A stretch of DNA of 51,509 nucleotides from Pseudomonadota bacterium (GCA_034439715.1 JAWXAY010000060.1:1-51509); one strand, 5' to 3'; shown: positions 1 through 9,710, counted from the first letter of the stretch. Program-made: numbers and translations. The notes: generated by a model not told the origin, from the letters alone.

Positions 1-1216
1 TTTCGCCGGTCAGCCCTACTTCACCAAAAAAACAAGTTTTACCGGGAACTTCTTGGTGGCCATTACTCGATAAAAGTGCGGCAGCAACTGCGAGGTCGGC
101 TGCGGGTTCCTCAATTTTAAGGCCACCGACGATGTTTACAAAAACATCACAGTGTGAAAGGTCAGCCTTGGCGTGTTTATCGAGCACAGCGATGAGCATG
201 TGTACCCTTTGAACATCAAAGCCGATCGCATTTCGGCGCGGCATGGCCATTTGCGAACCAATCGTTAATGCCTGAACTTCACAAAGAAGTGGGCGCGTAC
301 CTTCCATTGTGCAAAATACACTTGAACCCACAAGACTTGCGCCCCGCTCTTCTAAAAACATTTCTGAAGGATTTGAAACTTCGCGTAGCCCTTGAGTGTC
401 CATCTGAAAAACACCTAACTCGTGAGTAGCGCCGAAGCGATTTTTAAGTGCGCGTAAAAGTCTGAACTGGTGATGCGGATCTCCCTCAAACGATAAAACT
501 GTATCTACGATATGTTCTAATACTTTTGGTCCGGCAATGGTTCCATCTTTTGTAACATGGCCAATTAAAAAAACACTTATTCCATCGTTTTTTGCCAGAC
601 CCATGAGTTGACTTGCACATTCACGCACTTGGGAAACTGATCCTGGCGCCGATGTTACCTCAGGTAGAAAAACAGTTTGAATTGAGTCGACAATCAGGAC
701 ATCTGGTTTTTTAGTTTTAGTTAAATTTAAAATTGTGTTGAGATTACTTTCAGACGCTACAGTTACGCCTTGGTTGCGCAGACCAAGCCTCTGGGCGCGA
801 AGGACCGTTTGATTCACACTTTCTTCGCCTGAAATATAAAGTACTTCATGTTTCTGTGAGGCAATTCCAGCTGCCATTTGAAGGAGAAGGGTGCTTTTAC
901 CGATTCCAGGCTCGCCGCCCAAAAGTACAAAGCTGCCTTTGACCAAGCCACCACCTAGTACACGGTCTAACTCTACGTATGAAGTGCTCAGCCTTTTGGC
1001 GATGTCTTCTGTCAAATTGTCACTTAACTGAGCCAAAGTACTGAACTCGGAAGACTGGGTGCTATCGATCAGGCCCCGATTTTCGGCAGGGTCAGTTTGC
1101 GTTTCTTCGACAATAGTGTTCCAGGCCTCGCACTCAGTACAGCGACCTTCCCACCTGGCTCGTTGGGCCCCACAATTTTGACAACTAAATATCGTTCTGG
1201 CCTTCGTTTTTCCCAT
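1..1216 (-). CDS. radA: DNA repair protein RadA/Sms (3' end runs off window)
   Basis: Manual translation from ATG 1216: MGKTKARTIFSCQNCGAQRARWEGRCTEC (C4 zinc finger), Walker A GGEPGIGKSTLL, KNRFG motif. Missing from the ORF track because there is no stop in the window. Confidence 0.96.
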   Translation of the reverse strand, partial: MGKTKARTIFSCQNCGAQRARWEGRCTECEAWNTIVEETQTDPAENRGLIDSTQSSEFSTLAQLSDNLTEDIAKRLSTSYVELDRVLGGGLVKGSFVLLGGEPGIGKSTLLLQMAAGIASQKHEVLYISGEESVNQTVLRAQRLGLRNQGVTVASESNLNTILNLTKTKKPDVLIVDSIQTVFLPEVTSAPGSVSQVRECASQLMGLAKNDGISVFLIGHVTKDGTIAGPKVLEHIVDTVLSFEGDPHHQFRLLRALKNRFGATHELGVFQMDTQGLREVSNPSEMFLEERGASLVGSSVFCTMEGTRPLLCEVQALTIGSQMAMPRRNAIGFDVQRVHMLIAVLDKHAKADLSHCDVFVNIVGGLKIEEPAADLAVAAALLSSNGHQEVPGKTCFFGEVGLTGE

Positions 1217-1244
1217 ATTCATTCGATAACATTAAAGAACGACT

Positions 1245-3755
1245 ATGACAAAGGGTTTCCAGGAGAGCAATTTGTTGAAATCGCTGATTCTTTTTATTTT
1301 TGTAATTTTCCCCACACTTAGCGGAACACTTGTGGTCGCAGCTCCGGATATTTTCGACGATGTTCGGAGCGAAATAATTAAGGGCAATCGTGAAAAGGCC
1401 ATAGTTCTACTTAAAGAGGGGACTGGCAAAGATAAATACGGCGCCGACGACAAGTCACTGGCCTATTTTGCATTGGGCGCCCTGTCTTATCAAGTGGGGA
1501 ATTTACGTGAGTCAGAGCTCCATTTAAAAAATTCATTGAGCGCCGGCACGAGACTTATAGAGTATGCCAATCTTTTCTTGGGCCGATTTTACAAACATGA
1601 AGGTAAATATTCTGAAGCCCATCACCATTTCCGAGAGGTGCGGTTACCTTGGGGTTCGGTAAAGAATGTGGTAGAGGCTCGTTTTGAGTTAGGGTTACTG
1701 GCTGTATTAGAAAGGGATTGGCACCAGGCTCTAATGCATTTTGAGTACCTTTCGCGCCGGATGAAGGGCAGTGATTTTTATCCGCAAATCCTATGGAATT
1801 TGACGCTCGCCGAATTAAAATTGCGTCGTCCGGCTCAAGCCTGTGCCACAGCACGGAAGCTCTACACAAAATATCCCACTCATCCCTTGGTATACAACTG
1901 GGGAATTGATTTAAATTCCGCAAAAATAGATGGAGAGAGCCTGGGCTGTTATGCCACGGCAACCGATGTGGAAATGAGAATTCAACGCCTCCAGTGGTTG
2001 GGTGAGTCCGATCGCGCAAGAAAAGAAATTGAAGGACTTCGAGAAAAGGTCACCGGCGTCAACGAATATCATGTTGATATGATGATGGCCAATTACTTGA
2101 TTGGCGACGGTCTGGTCGATGAAGCCTTTAATCTTTTGGCCCGACATTACGATGAGAGAAAAAATCACCCAAAATATTTAATGATGCTCGCCAAGGCTGC
2201 CAATCGAGCCCAAAAGTTTACTCTTGCCGTGGGGGCCTATTACCGAGTCTATGAGTTGACCCCACGCTCGCGCACTGGGCGTACAGCTTTGTTCCGGTCA
2301 GCATCGCTCAGTTACCAATTTCAAGATTATGACGGCGCCGGAAGAAAGTTTGATCTGATTATAAATAAATTTCCTCGCTCAGGTCTGGTGAGGGATGCGT
2401 ATTGGCATGTGGCGTGGATAAAATATTTAAAAGGGAATTATGACAGCGCTTATGAGGCTTTTACCGATTTGACCAAGCAAGCGCAAAGATCGAAAAGATT
2501 TTGGCGCTCGCTATCCTCAGAAAAAACGAATTACTGGCGTGGCATGTGCCTTTTGCGTCTCGAGCGAAAATTAGAAGCGCGAAAGTTTTTCGAGGCACTC
2601 GATAAAGATAGCAGCTTTGGGTACTATTCTATTTTGGCTAAGTCTCGCTTAATGAGTCTTCCGCAAATAGAAACTGAAGTGAGGGTTCCGGCTCAGGCAG
2701 ATATTATGTCAAATGGTATTGGCGGCGCTCCGGCTCCTGACCTTAGTATTTCCAAGAATGGAGAAGAAGCTGAGCCTGTAGTCGTATCCGAAGAAGAAGA
2801 GAGTGAATCCACTGTCAACACAGAAGAGGCCGAGGACGCCGGCGAGGAGACAGCTACGACCGAGTCTACCTCAGAGAGTGGAACAGAAACTGCCGTCGCT
2901 GATACAGAGCCCGCCGAAGAAGAAAATAAAGAGATGATCTTACCTATGACTTTTGGCAGCCCCGCATTTATACGAAAATATCAAAGGGCTCAGGATCTTA
3001 TTCGTCTGGGGTTTTTTGAGTGGGCACGCTGGGAAATGTATGACCTCGAAGGAAAGGTCCGTAATGCCAAAAACTTGCGAATCCTCATTAATCAATACCA
3101 AGCTTTAGATTCCTTTCATCGTTCGGCTTATGTGGGCTTTGTGGCGCTCGGAGCTGAACGAAGAAAAAAGGGAATCGAAGGCGCCAAGGATCTTTGGGAG
3201 GCCGCTTACCCCATGGCCTATGCCAACTTTGTAAAAACTTCGGCCTCTGAGTTTTCGGTTCCCAGCCACTTTGTTTGGTCAATCATCCGCGCCGAAAGCC
3301 AGTATAAAGCTGATGCCAAGTCGCCGACTGGGGCCGTGGGTCTTATGCAAGTAATGCCCTTTACCGCAAAACAAGTGGCCCGTATTCTAAAGGACGATAA
3401 TGATGTTGTAGATAAATTAGCGGAGCCAAATAATAATATCAGAATCGGAACAAAGTATTTAGCAAGACTCTTTAAAAAATTTTCGAATGTCTTGCCTTTA
3501 GTGGCTGCTGGCTACAATGCGGGCCCACACAGGGTCGACGGTTGGCTTTCTACTTTTGGCTTGCTAGATATGGACGAATTTGTAGAGCATATTCCATTTG
3601 TAGAGACGCGAGATTATGTGAGAAGGGTCGTCAGCAATATGTACGTTTATGACTTGCTATATACGGGACGCGAAAGTCCTATGAAGTGGTTGGTCGAACC
3701 GGTTGGCGTCAAGGGCGACTTGCTCTCTTCTTACCGTGAAGGCTGGGAAGACTAA
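1245..3755 (+). CDS. Soluble lytic murein transglycosylase (Slt70-like) with TPR repeats and acidic linker
   Basis: Signal peptide, TPR-like helices, C-terminal SLT motifs IIRAES, GAVGLMQVMP, AGYNAGP, ETRDYV. Confidence 0.92.
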   Translation: MTKGFQESNLLKSLILFIFVIFPTLSGTLVVAAPDIFDDVRSEIIKGNREKAIVLLKEGTGKDKYGADDKSLAYFALGALSYQVGNLRESELHLKNSLSAGTRLIEYANLFLGRFYKHEGKYSEAHHHFREVRLPWGSVKNVVEARFELGLLAVLERDWHQALMHFEYLSRRMKGSDFYPQILWNLTLAELKLRRPAQACATARKLYTKYPTHPLVYNWGIDLNSAKIDGESLGCYATATDVEMRIQRLQWLGESDRARKEIEGLREKVTGVNEYHVDMMMANYLIGDGLVDEAFNLLARHYDERKNHPKYLMMLAKAANRAQKFTLAVGAYYRVYELTPRSRTGRTALFRSASLSYQFQDYDGAGRKFDLIINKFPRSGLVRDAYWHVAWIKYLKGNYDSAYEAFTDLTKQAQRSKRFWRSLSSEKTNYWRGMCLLRLERKLEARKFFEALDKDSSFGYYSILAKSRLMSLPQIETEVRVPAQADIMSNGIGGAPAPDLSISKNGEEAEPVVVSEEEESESTVNTEEAEDAGEETATTESTSESGTETAVADTEPAEEENKEMILPMTFGSPAFIRKYQRAQDLIRLGFFEWARWEMYDLEGKVRNAKNLRILINQYQALDSFHRSAYVGFVALGAERRKKGIEGAKDLWEAAYPMAYANFVKTSASEFSVPSHFVWSIIRAESQYKADAKSPTGAVGLMQVMPFTAKQVARILKDDNDVVDKLAEPNNNIRIGTKYLARLFKKFSNVLPLVAAGYNAGPHRVDGWLSTFGLLDMDEFVEHIPFVETRDYVRRVVSNMYVYDLLYTGRESPMKWLVEPVGVKGDLLSSYREGWED

Positions 3756-4852
3756 ACGTTAAATTTAAAAAACAGAACATCGCCATCTTTTACGACGTAT
3801 TCTTTGCCCTCAGAGCGATATTTGCCAGCATCCTTTACTAAGGCTTCACTGCCAAACTGAAAAAGATCGTTGCAGTGATAGGTCTCGGCTCGAATAAATC
3901 CCCGTTCAAAATCGCTGTGAATGACGGCTGCGGCTTGAGGTGCTTTAGTTCCCTTTTTTATTGTCCAAGCGCGCACCTCTTTTTTACCCGCTGTAAAATA
4001 GGTTTGCAGGTCTAAAAGTTTGTAAGCCCCTACGATTAAACGATTTAGCCCCGACTCTTTAGCGCCAATGGAATCCAAAAACTCCTTGCGCTCTGCCACA
4101 CCTAGTTCCCCAATTTGGGCCTCTAGCTCGGCGCACATCATGATGGCTATATTATTTTCTTTTTTTGCATATTCAAAAACGACTTCTGTCCATTTGTTTC
4201 CACCAGTTTGATAATCATCTTCTTTAACATTGCAGGCATAGAGCACAGGCTTTGACGTCAAAAGTTGTAGCTCTTTATATATTTTTTCTTCAAGTTCTTC
4301 CGGGACAACCGATCGCGCCGGATGGCCGGCCTTTAGGGCTTCAAATACTTTTGTAACAATCGAATACTCGAGTTTTAACCCTTTGTCGGCGGTCATTTTG
4401 GCAACTTTTTCAATTTTTTTGTGGCGTTTTTCGATAATATCGAGATCGCATAACATGAGCTCAGTATTGACGACCTCGATATCACGAAGTGGGTCAACTG
4501 AGCCTGACACATGAATGATCTGAGAGTCATCAAAGCAGCGTACGACATGTATAATGGCGTCAGTTTCGCGAATATTTGTTAAAAACTTATTACCTAAACC
4601 CTCGCCTTGGCTGGCGCCAGCGACAAGACCTGCGATGTCCACAAATTCGATAGCCGTGGGAAGCACTTTTTCTGGAATAATAATCTTTTCTATTTTTTCA
4701 AGGCGCTCGTCGGGCACGGTAACGATACCTACGTTAGGATCGATGGTACAAAAAGGAAAGTTGGCAGCTTCGGCCTTACCCAAAGTGAGTGCATTGAACA
4801 GAGTGCTTTTTCCAACGTTAGGTAAACCGACAATGCCACACTTTAATCCCAT
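3752..4852 (-). CDS. ychF: Redox-regulated ATPase YchF (Obg family)
   Basis: GIVGLPNVGKSTLFN, ANFPFCTIDPN, DIAGLV, C-terminal TGS domain ending FKFNV. Confidence 0.98.
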   Translation of the reverse strand: MGLKCGIVGLPNVGKSTLFNALTLGKAEAANFPFCTIDPNVGIVTVPDERLEKIEKIIIPEKVLPTAIEFVDIAGLVAGASQGEGLGNKFLTNIRETDAIIHVVRCFDDSQIIHVSGSVDPLRDIEVVNTELMLCDLDIIEKRHKKIEKVAKMTADKGLKLEYSIVTKVFEALKAGHPARSVVPEELEEKIYKELQLLTSKPVLYACNVKEDDYQTGGNKWTEVVFEYAKKENNIAIMMCAELEAQIGELGVAERKEFLDSIGAKESGLNRLIVGAYKLLDLQTYFTAGKKEVRAWTIKKGTKAPQAAAVIHSDFERGFIRAETYHCNDLFQFGSEALVKDAGKYRSEGKEYVVKDGDVLFFKFNV

Positions 4853-5445
4853 TAGCTCTCCAGTTCGCTGTCCAAAAGATTCTTGTTAAACAAAGTCGCC
4901 GTTTTTTGATAACCATTTTTGATGAGGCTCTCTATGCCTAAATAACAGTGTTCCAGTATTTTGGGTATATGTTTCAACTCCTCATTTGAGAAATTCTGTA
5001 ATACCCAATCAGCCACATCCATTTGAGGAATAGTGGGGCGGCCTACGCCGATTTTAAGGCGCATGTATTTATCAGTGCCGAGCTGTTCGTGAATGCTACG
5101 AATACCGTTGTGACCACCGTGTCCGCGGCCGGATTGAAATTTAATTCCCGCAAAAGGCTGATCGATATCATCTTGAACTACTAAAAGTTTATCAGGATCT
5201 GTTTTATAAAAACTCATCAAGGCTTGAACAGCTTCGCCAGAACGATTCATAAATGTTTGAGGCTTGGCGAACACCACATCGTCATTGCCAAATTTTACTT
5301 TTATAACTTCTGAGGACTGGTTTTTTTTGAAACTCTGTGTGCTCGCAATGTTTTCAACTATGATGTCGACCAGGACAAATCCAATATTATGTCTATTGAG
5401 CTGGTATTTTAAGCCTGGGTTGCCAAGGCCGACAATTAGCCACAT
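4852..5445 (-). CDS. pth: Peptidyl-tRNA hydrolase
   Basis: LIVGLGNPG, RHNIGF, KPQTFMNRSG, GHGGHNG. Confidence 0.98.
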   Translation of the reverse strand: MWLIVGLGNPGLKYQLNRHNIGFVLVDIIVENIASTQSFKKNQSSEVIKVKFGNDDVVFAKPQTFMNRSGEAVQALMSFYKTDPDKLLVVQDDIDQPFAGIKFQSGRGHGGHNGIRSIHEQLGTDKYMRLKIGVGRPTIPQMDVADWVLQNFSNEELKHIPKILEHCYLGIESLIKNGYQKTATLFNKNLLDSELES

Positions 5446-5465
5446 TGAGTTGTTGAAGGAGATTT

Positions 5466-6191
5466 CTATTTCTCTTTCTTTCCTTCTTTGCCAGCAGCAG
5501 GAGCGGCACCAGCACCCGCAGCCCCAGCGGCAGGAGCAGCACCTGGAGCACCCGCAGCCCCAGCAGCAGGAGCAGCACCCGGTGCAGCTGCGCCTTCGGC
5601 AGTAGCAGCGACAGTTGTAACTGCTATAACTTCCTCAGCGATGATACTCACGGTGGCGAGAGTCACGTCATCACGAGCCACAGACTTAATACCTTCAGGC
5701 AGTTTAAGGTCTGATAAGTGAAGCGAATCATTAACGTTTAAATGAGATACATCAGCGTCAATAAATTCGGGAATATCCGAAACCTTACACTCAACCTGTA
5801 AAGTTCTGCTGACAACAGTAAATACGCCACCTTGAGCCGTACCCAGCGGTTTCCCAATAAAGCGAACTTCCACGAAGATTTTAACCTTTTGAGAAGGATC
5901 AACCGCATAAAAATCGACATGCATGGGGTAGCGAGTAACAGGGTGAACGATAACTTCTTTCATGAGTGCATTTATGCCATTAAGATCTTTATCGTCAGAC
6001 TGAAATTTATAAATGGCATTTTCAAATTTTGAGGTATTAAAGCGAACGATGGCTTTCGAGTCAGCAACAACATTCGTGGCTTTCTGACTGCGCCCGTAAA
6101 CAATACCCGGTACGAGTTTTTTTATTCTTAACTCTCTAGAAGAGGCTTTGCCGCTACCACGCTTATCGATATTTAAATCTATGTGCTTCAT
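5466..6191 (-). CDS. rplY: 50S ribosomal protein L25/Ctc with Ala-Gly-Pro tail
   Basis: L25 N-domain (VPGIVYG, HVDFY), Ctc C-domain, prs-rplY-pth synteny. Confidence 0.95.
   Translation of the reverse strand: MKHIDLNIDKRGSGKASSRELRIKKLVPGIVYGRSQKATNVVADSKAIVRFNTSKFENAIYKFQSDDKDLNGINALMKEVIVHPVTRYPMHVDFYAVDPSQKVKIFVEVRFIGKPLGTAQGGVFTVVSRTLQVECKVSDIPEFIDADVSHLNVNDSLHLSDLKLPEGIKSVARDDVTLATVSIIAEEVIAVTTVAATAEGAAAPGAAPAAGAAGAPGAAPAAGAAGAGAAPAAGKEGKKEK
5491..5582. repeat. 36-bp tandem repeat (2 full copies 5511-5546 and 5547-5582 plus a partial) encoding PGAAPAAGAAGA in the L25 tail
   Basis: agcacccgcagccccagc(g/a)gcaggagcagcacc(t/c)gg x2. Confidence 0.85.
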
Positions 6192-6234
6192 TTTATTCCC
6201 CTGACGTTTCTGTACTTTTTTCTCTGATCTTTTC

Positions 6235-7179
6235 CTAGTTAAACAGCGAACTCACCGAATCGTTACCGTAAATTCTTTTTATAGCCTCTGCTACAACAGC
6301 AGACATTGAAATCATTTTAATCTTTTCGCTTTTTTCAGCCTGCATTGACAGCGGTATTGTGTCAGAAATCCATACCTTTTGTAAACCACTTTCGGTGATT
6401 CGCGAGAGTGCTGGGCCGGATAATACTGGGTGCGTCGCTACGGCATAAACTGCTTTTGCCCCATTTTTGAGTAAACTTTCAACGCCTTGAACTAAAGTGC
6501 CGGCAGTATCTATCATGTCGTCGACAATTATTGCGGTTTTACCTCTGACCTCGCCCACCAAATTGATGGCCTTAGCTTCATTGGGACCTGTTCGTCGTTT
6601 ATCAATGATCGCGATTGAACATTCGATTCGTTTTGCAAAAGCGCGGGCTCGTTCAACACCGCCAGCATCTGGGCTGACTACAACAAAATCATCACCAAAA
6701 CCCATTTCACTTCGCCAAGCCCTAGCCATGGTAGGAATTGCAAATAGGTGATCTACAGGTACATTAAAAAATCCCTGAATTTGGGCCGCATGCAGGTCAA
6801 CGCAAACTATTCGTTTTGCCCCAGCTACGGTCAGCAAGTCAGCGACAAGTTTTGCTGAAATAGGTGCGCGCGGAGCAACTTTTCGATCTTGCCTGGCATA
6901 TCCATAGTAGGGGATTACTGCGGTGATATAAGATGCTGATGCTCTACGAAGCGCATCGAGCATTATAAAAAGTTCCATGTAGTTTTGATCAACCGGGGCA
7001 CAAGCGCTCTGCACAACAAAAACATGACAGCCACGTACGCTTTCATGGATTTCAACTTGCACTTCGCCATCAGCAAATCGGCCAACCTGGCTATGTCCCA
7101 GTTCCACGCCAGCGTCGGCCGCGATGCGGCGCGCAAGCAGAGGATTGGAATTTCCGGCAAAGATTTTAAAGTCTTTCAT
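6235..7179 (-). CDS. prs: Ribose-phosphate pyrophosphokinase
   Basis: FADGE, PYYGYARQDRK, VSPDAGG, VDDMIDTAGT. Confidence 0.98.
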   Translation of the reverse strand: MKDFKIFAGNSNPLLARRIAADAGVELGHSQVGRFADGEVQVEIHESVRGCHVFVVQSACAPVDQNYMELFIMLDALRRASASYITAVIPYYGYARQDRKVAPRAPISAKLVADLLTVAGAKRIVCVDLHAAQIQGFFNVPVDHLFAIPTMARAWRSEMGFGDDFVVVSPDAGGVERARAFAKRIECSIAIIDKRRTGPNEAKAINLVGEVRGKTAIIVDDMIDTAGTLVQGVESLLKNGAKAVYAVATHPVLSGPALSRITESGLQKVWISDTIPLSMQAEKSEKIKMISMSAVVAEAIKRIYGNDSVSSLFN

Positions 7180-7202
7180 GATTAGAGGGATTTTTACTCA
7201 AA

Positions 7203-7808
7203 CTAAGTTGATTGTTCAATGAAATTTTTAAAAAACTCTTTGAGCTCGCTGATTGCCTTTGCTCTATGTGAGATGCGATTCTTTTGAGCTAGATCCATTT
7301 CGGCCATGGTTTTGGTTTCTCCCAAAGGTTGAAAAACCTGGTCGTAACCAAAGCCTTGGGTCCCGCGCAGCGCCTTTGTAATTTCTCCGCTCAAATGCCC
7401 CATAAAAACAGACTCTTTGCTTGTGGGGCTTAGAAGTATCATGCAACAGGCAAACCGTGCCTTACGATTTTCAGCCAACTTAAGGCTGATCATCTTTATG
7501 AGCTTCGAGGTATTTTCTGCGTCAGAGGCTTTGGGGCCTGCATAGCGGGCCGAATGCACGCCCGGCAGATTTCCGAGGCACTCGACTTCAAGGCCAGAAT
7601 CTTCCGCTAAAACCCAGTCTTGGGGAACCACAGAATGTAAAGACTTGGCTTTGATGCGCGCATTCTCCTCAAAGGTTTTTCCGATTTCATTAGGAGCGCT
7701 GTAATAACTTAATTCACCACAAGTATGAATTTCAATTTTTAGGTGCTCAAGTAAGCTCTTGATCTCTCGAATCTTGGAGTTATTGGTTGTCGCGAGCCAA
7801 AGCTTCAT
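7203..7808 (-). CDS. rdgB: Non-canonical purine NTP pyrophosphatase (RdgB/HAM1)
   Basis: TFEENARIKA, EDSGL, PGVHSARY, GFGYD, SHRAKA. Confidence 0.96.
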   Translation of the reverse strand: MKLWLATTNNSKIREIKSLLEHLKIEIHTCGELSYYSAPNEIGKTFEENARIKAKSLHSVVPQDWVLAEDSGLEVECLGNLPGVHSARYAGPKASDAENTSKLIKMISLKLAENRKARFACCMILLSPTSKESVFMGHLSGEITKALRGTQGFGYDQVFQPLGETKTMAEMDLAQKNRISHRAKAISELKEFFKNFIEQST

Positions 7809-7818
7809 GGAACCTCGG

Positions 7819-8541
7819 CTATAATGGTAGAAAATCTTTTAGAATAGAAGCTTGCGCCTGAAACAACTCGCGGCAGCCCTTTTGTGCCACACTGATCATT
7901 TCTATGAGTTGGGATTGGTTAAAGGAATTTTTTTCAGCAGTTCCCTGGATCTCGATGAACTCGTTTTTTGAGTTTAGTACGAAATTCATATCAATTTCTG
8001 AACTGGAGTCTTCGGAATAATCCAAATCCAGTAAAATTTCACCGTTATGAATTCCTACACTCACTGCTGCCAAATAATTTTTGACGGGATTAAGCGAAAG
8101 GCCAAACTTTTTCTGGAAAATTTGAATAGCCAAGCAGGTGGCCACAAATCCACCAGTGATAGAGGCGGTGCGTGTGCCTCCGTCGGCTTGAATAACATCG
8201 CAATCAATAATTAGTTGTCTGTCGCCTAGGGCTTTAAGATCGACTGCCGCGCGTAAACTTCGTGCGATGAGCCGAGAGATTTCTGCGGTTCGCCCACCTT
8301 TGAGTATTTTTTCTCGTTGCGTACGAGTGTGAGTAGCCCGCGGAAGCATGCCGTATTCTGCTGTTAACCAGCCTTTGCCATTTCCTTGAAGCCATTTGGG
8401 TAATCCCTCTTCAACAGTGGCGGTGCAAAGAACGCGTGTGTTGCCGTATTCAACCAGGGCGCTACCTTCTGCGTTGGCATTAAAATGGGGTGTAATAGTT
8501 ATTTTTCTAAGTTGGGAACTCGTTCTACCATCTCTTCGCAT
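7819..8541 (-). CDS. rph: Ribonuclease PH
   Basis: GWLTAEYGMLPRAT, DCDVIQADGGTRTASITG, EIQGTAE. Confidence 0.98.
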   Translation of the reverse strand: MRRDGRTSSQLRKITITPHFNANAEGSALVEYGNTRVLCTATVEEGLPKWLQGNGKGWLTAEYGMLPRATHTRTQREKILKGGRTAEISRLIARSLRAAVDLKALGDRQLIIDCDVIQADGGTRTASITGGFVATCLAIQIFQKKFGLSLNPVKNYLAAVSVGIHNGEILLDLDYSEDSSSEIDMNFVLNSKNEFIEIQGTAEKNSFNQSQLIEMISVAQKGCRELFQAQASILKDFLPL

Positions 8542-8546
8542 GAGGC

Positions 8547-9332
8547 CTAATCTAGGCTTTCCGCGCGATGTTTGTCTATATATTCTTTGAAGGTTTTAAT
8601 ACCGTTGTAAATATTTTGGGCGATTTTTTTTTGGTAGTGTTGAGTCGTTAATTCCTTGGCTTCTTTGTAATTAGTTATAAATCCGAGTTCCACAAGCACA
8701 GAGGGCATTTTTAGATTTGAGAGCAGAAAAAAGGGTCCCTGACGCAAAGCTTTTTGTAGTGGTCTGCCGTTGTGATCCCAACTGGTGACTAAGGATTCAG
8801 CAAGCGCACGTGAAGATAGTAAACGATCCTGCCGCCCCAAATCTTCGATTATATTTACGATATCTTTTTTTGGTTTTTTTTGGTCGCTTGGCCAAGCAAA
8901 AACTTGAAAAGGTTCGAGGCCGTCGGTTGTTTCTTTTTGATTTTCTTGCGCGGCTAAAAAGAGTGCTTCATCTTCAGCGGCCAATTGATTTTGAAAATAA
9001 AACTCAGCGCCTTTCGCCTTTCCATCTCTTGAGGCATTGGCGTGTATACTTATAAAAAGATCGGCATCAAATTTATTGGCCTCATTGGCTCTGGTTACTA
9101 ACGATTTATAATTGTCGGAATCCCGGGTGAGTTGAACCTCAAAATTGGAAGAGTCTTTAAGGAGTCTTGCCAACTCTTTAGAGACATTAAGCACGATTTC
9201 GGCCTCACGGAGCGTTCCAAAGGCAGCTCCTCCATCTCGGCCGCCATGTCCTGGGTCAATCACGACTTTGAGGGCCTGCTCTCGACCGAAAGATAGGAAA
9301 GAAGAAAAAAGAAAATTAATTAAGAGCGCCAT
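8547..9332 (-). CDS. N-acetylmuramoyl-L-alanine amidase (Amidase_3)
   Basis: VIDPGHGG, E-x-x-LxV, FISIHANA, PSVLVELGFITN; N-terminal hydrophobic segment. Confidence 0.93.
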   Translation of the reverse strand: MALLINFLFSSFLSFGREQALKVVIDPGHGGRDGGAAFGTLREAEIVLNVSKELARLLKDSSNFEVQLTRDSDNYKSLVTRANEANKFDADLFISIHANASRDGKAKGAEFYFQNQLAAEDEALFLAAQENQKETTDGLEPFQVFAWPSDQKKPKKDIVNIIEDLGRQDRLLSSRALAESLVTSWDHNGRPLQKALRQGPFFLLSNLKMPSVLVELGFITNYKEAKELTTQHYQKKIAQNIYNGIKTFKEYIDKHRAESLD

Positions 9333-9338
9333 GTTAGT

Positions 9339-9367
9339 AGTTTAATTTTTTAAAAGATTGATCGCAA
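9339..9367 (-). promoter_or_regulatory. sigma70-type promoter for a probably leaderless amidase mRNA
   Basis: TTGCGA-N17-TAAACT, then 6 nt, then ATG 9332; no SD. Confidence 0.55.
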
Positions 9368-9375
9368 GACCAGAG

Positions 9376-9436
9376 AAAAAAGGAGCGACCTGGATCATGG
9401 GGGGAGGGAGAACCAGGCCGCTAGAAATCGTGAAAC
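9376..9436 (-). ncRNA. Candidate ~60-nt sigma54-dependent small RNA: single stem-loop with C-rich loop plus U tract
   Basis: Stem AGCGGCCUGG/CCAGGUCGCU (G-U pair only on the minus strand), loop region UUCUCCCUCCCCCCAUGAU, then CCUUUUUU; starts ~12 nt after a sigma54 -12 box. Confidence 0.6.
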
Positions 9437-9446
9437 ATTCTATTAG

Positions 9447-9463
9447 AGCAAGGTGAGTGCCAA
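9447..9463 (-). promoter_or_regulatory. sigma54 (RpoN) -24/-12 promoter
   Basis: TTGGCAC-TCACC-TTGCT on the minus strand, matching TGGCAC-N5-TTGCW exactly. Confidence 0.8.
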
Positions 9464-9655
9464 CGGGTTTGGCCTTAAATTCGTTCCTAGTTTCTATTTA
9501 ATGCAGGCCCAAGGTCCTGAGCGACCTTTTTTGCTTGGTTCCTTTATGGGCTCTCTAACTATTTAATAATACAAAGAAAAATCCATTCATTATTACGACG
9601 CCCGGCTATAGTCGAGGGACATTTTTTGTTTTTTTAAATTTGAATTCTTAAAAGC

Positions 9656-9682
9656 TAAATAAGTTCAAGGGTTTGCCGATAA
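9656..9682 (+). promoter_or_regulatory. sigma28 (FliA) promoter
   Basis: TAAA-N15-GCCGATAA perfect consensus, upstream of SD AAGGAG and ATG 9711. Confidence 0.8.
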
Positions 9683-9710
9683 ATAATATGAAACTCCAAG
9701 GAGCAAATAT

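Noticed and set aside
7180..7202. tRNA-Gln often found upstream of prs
   Set aside because: Only 23 bp are available; no cloverleaf
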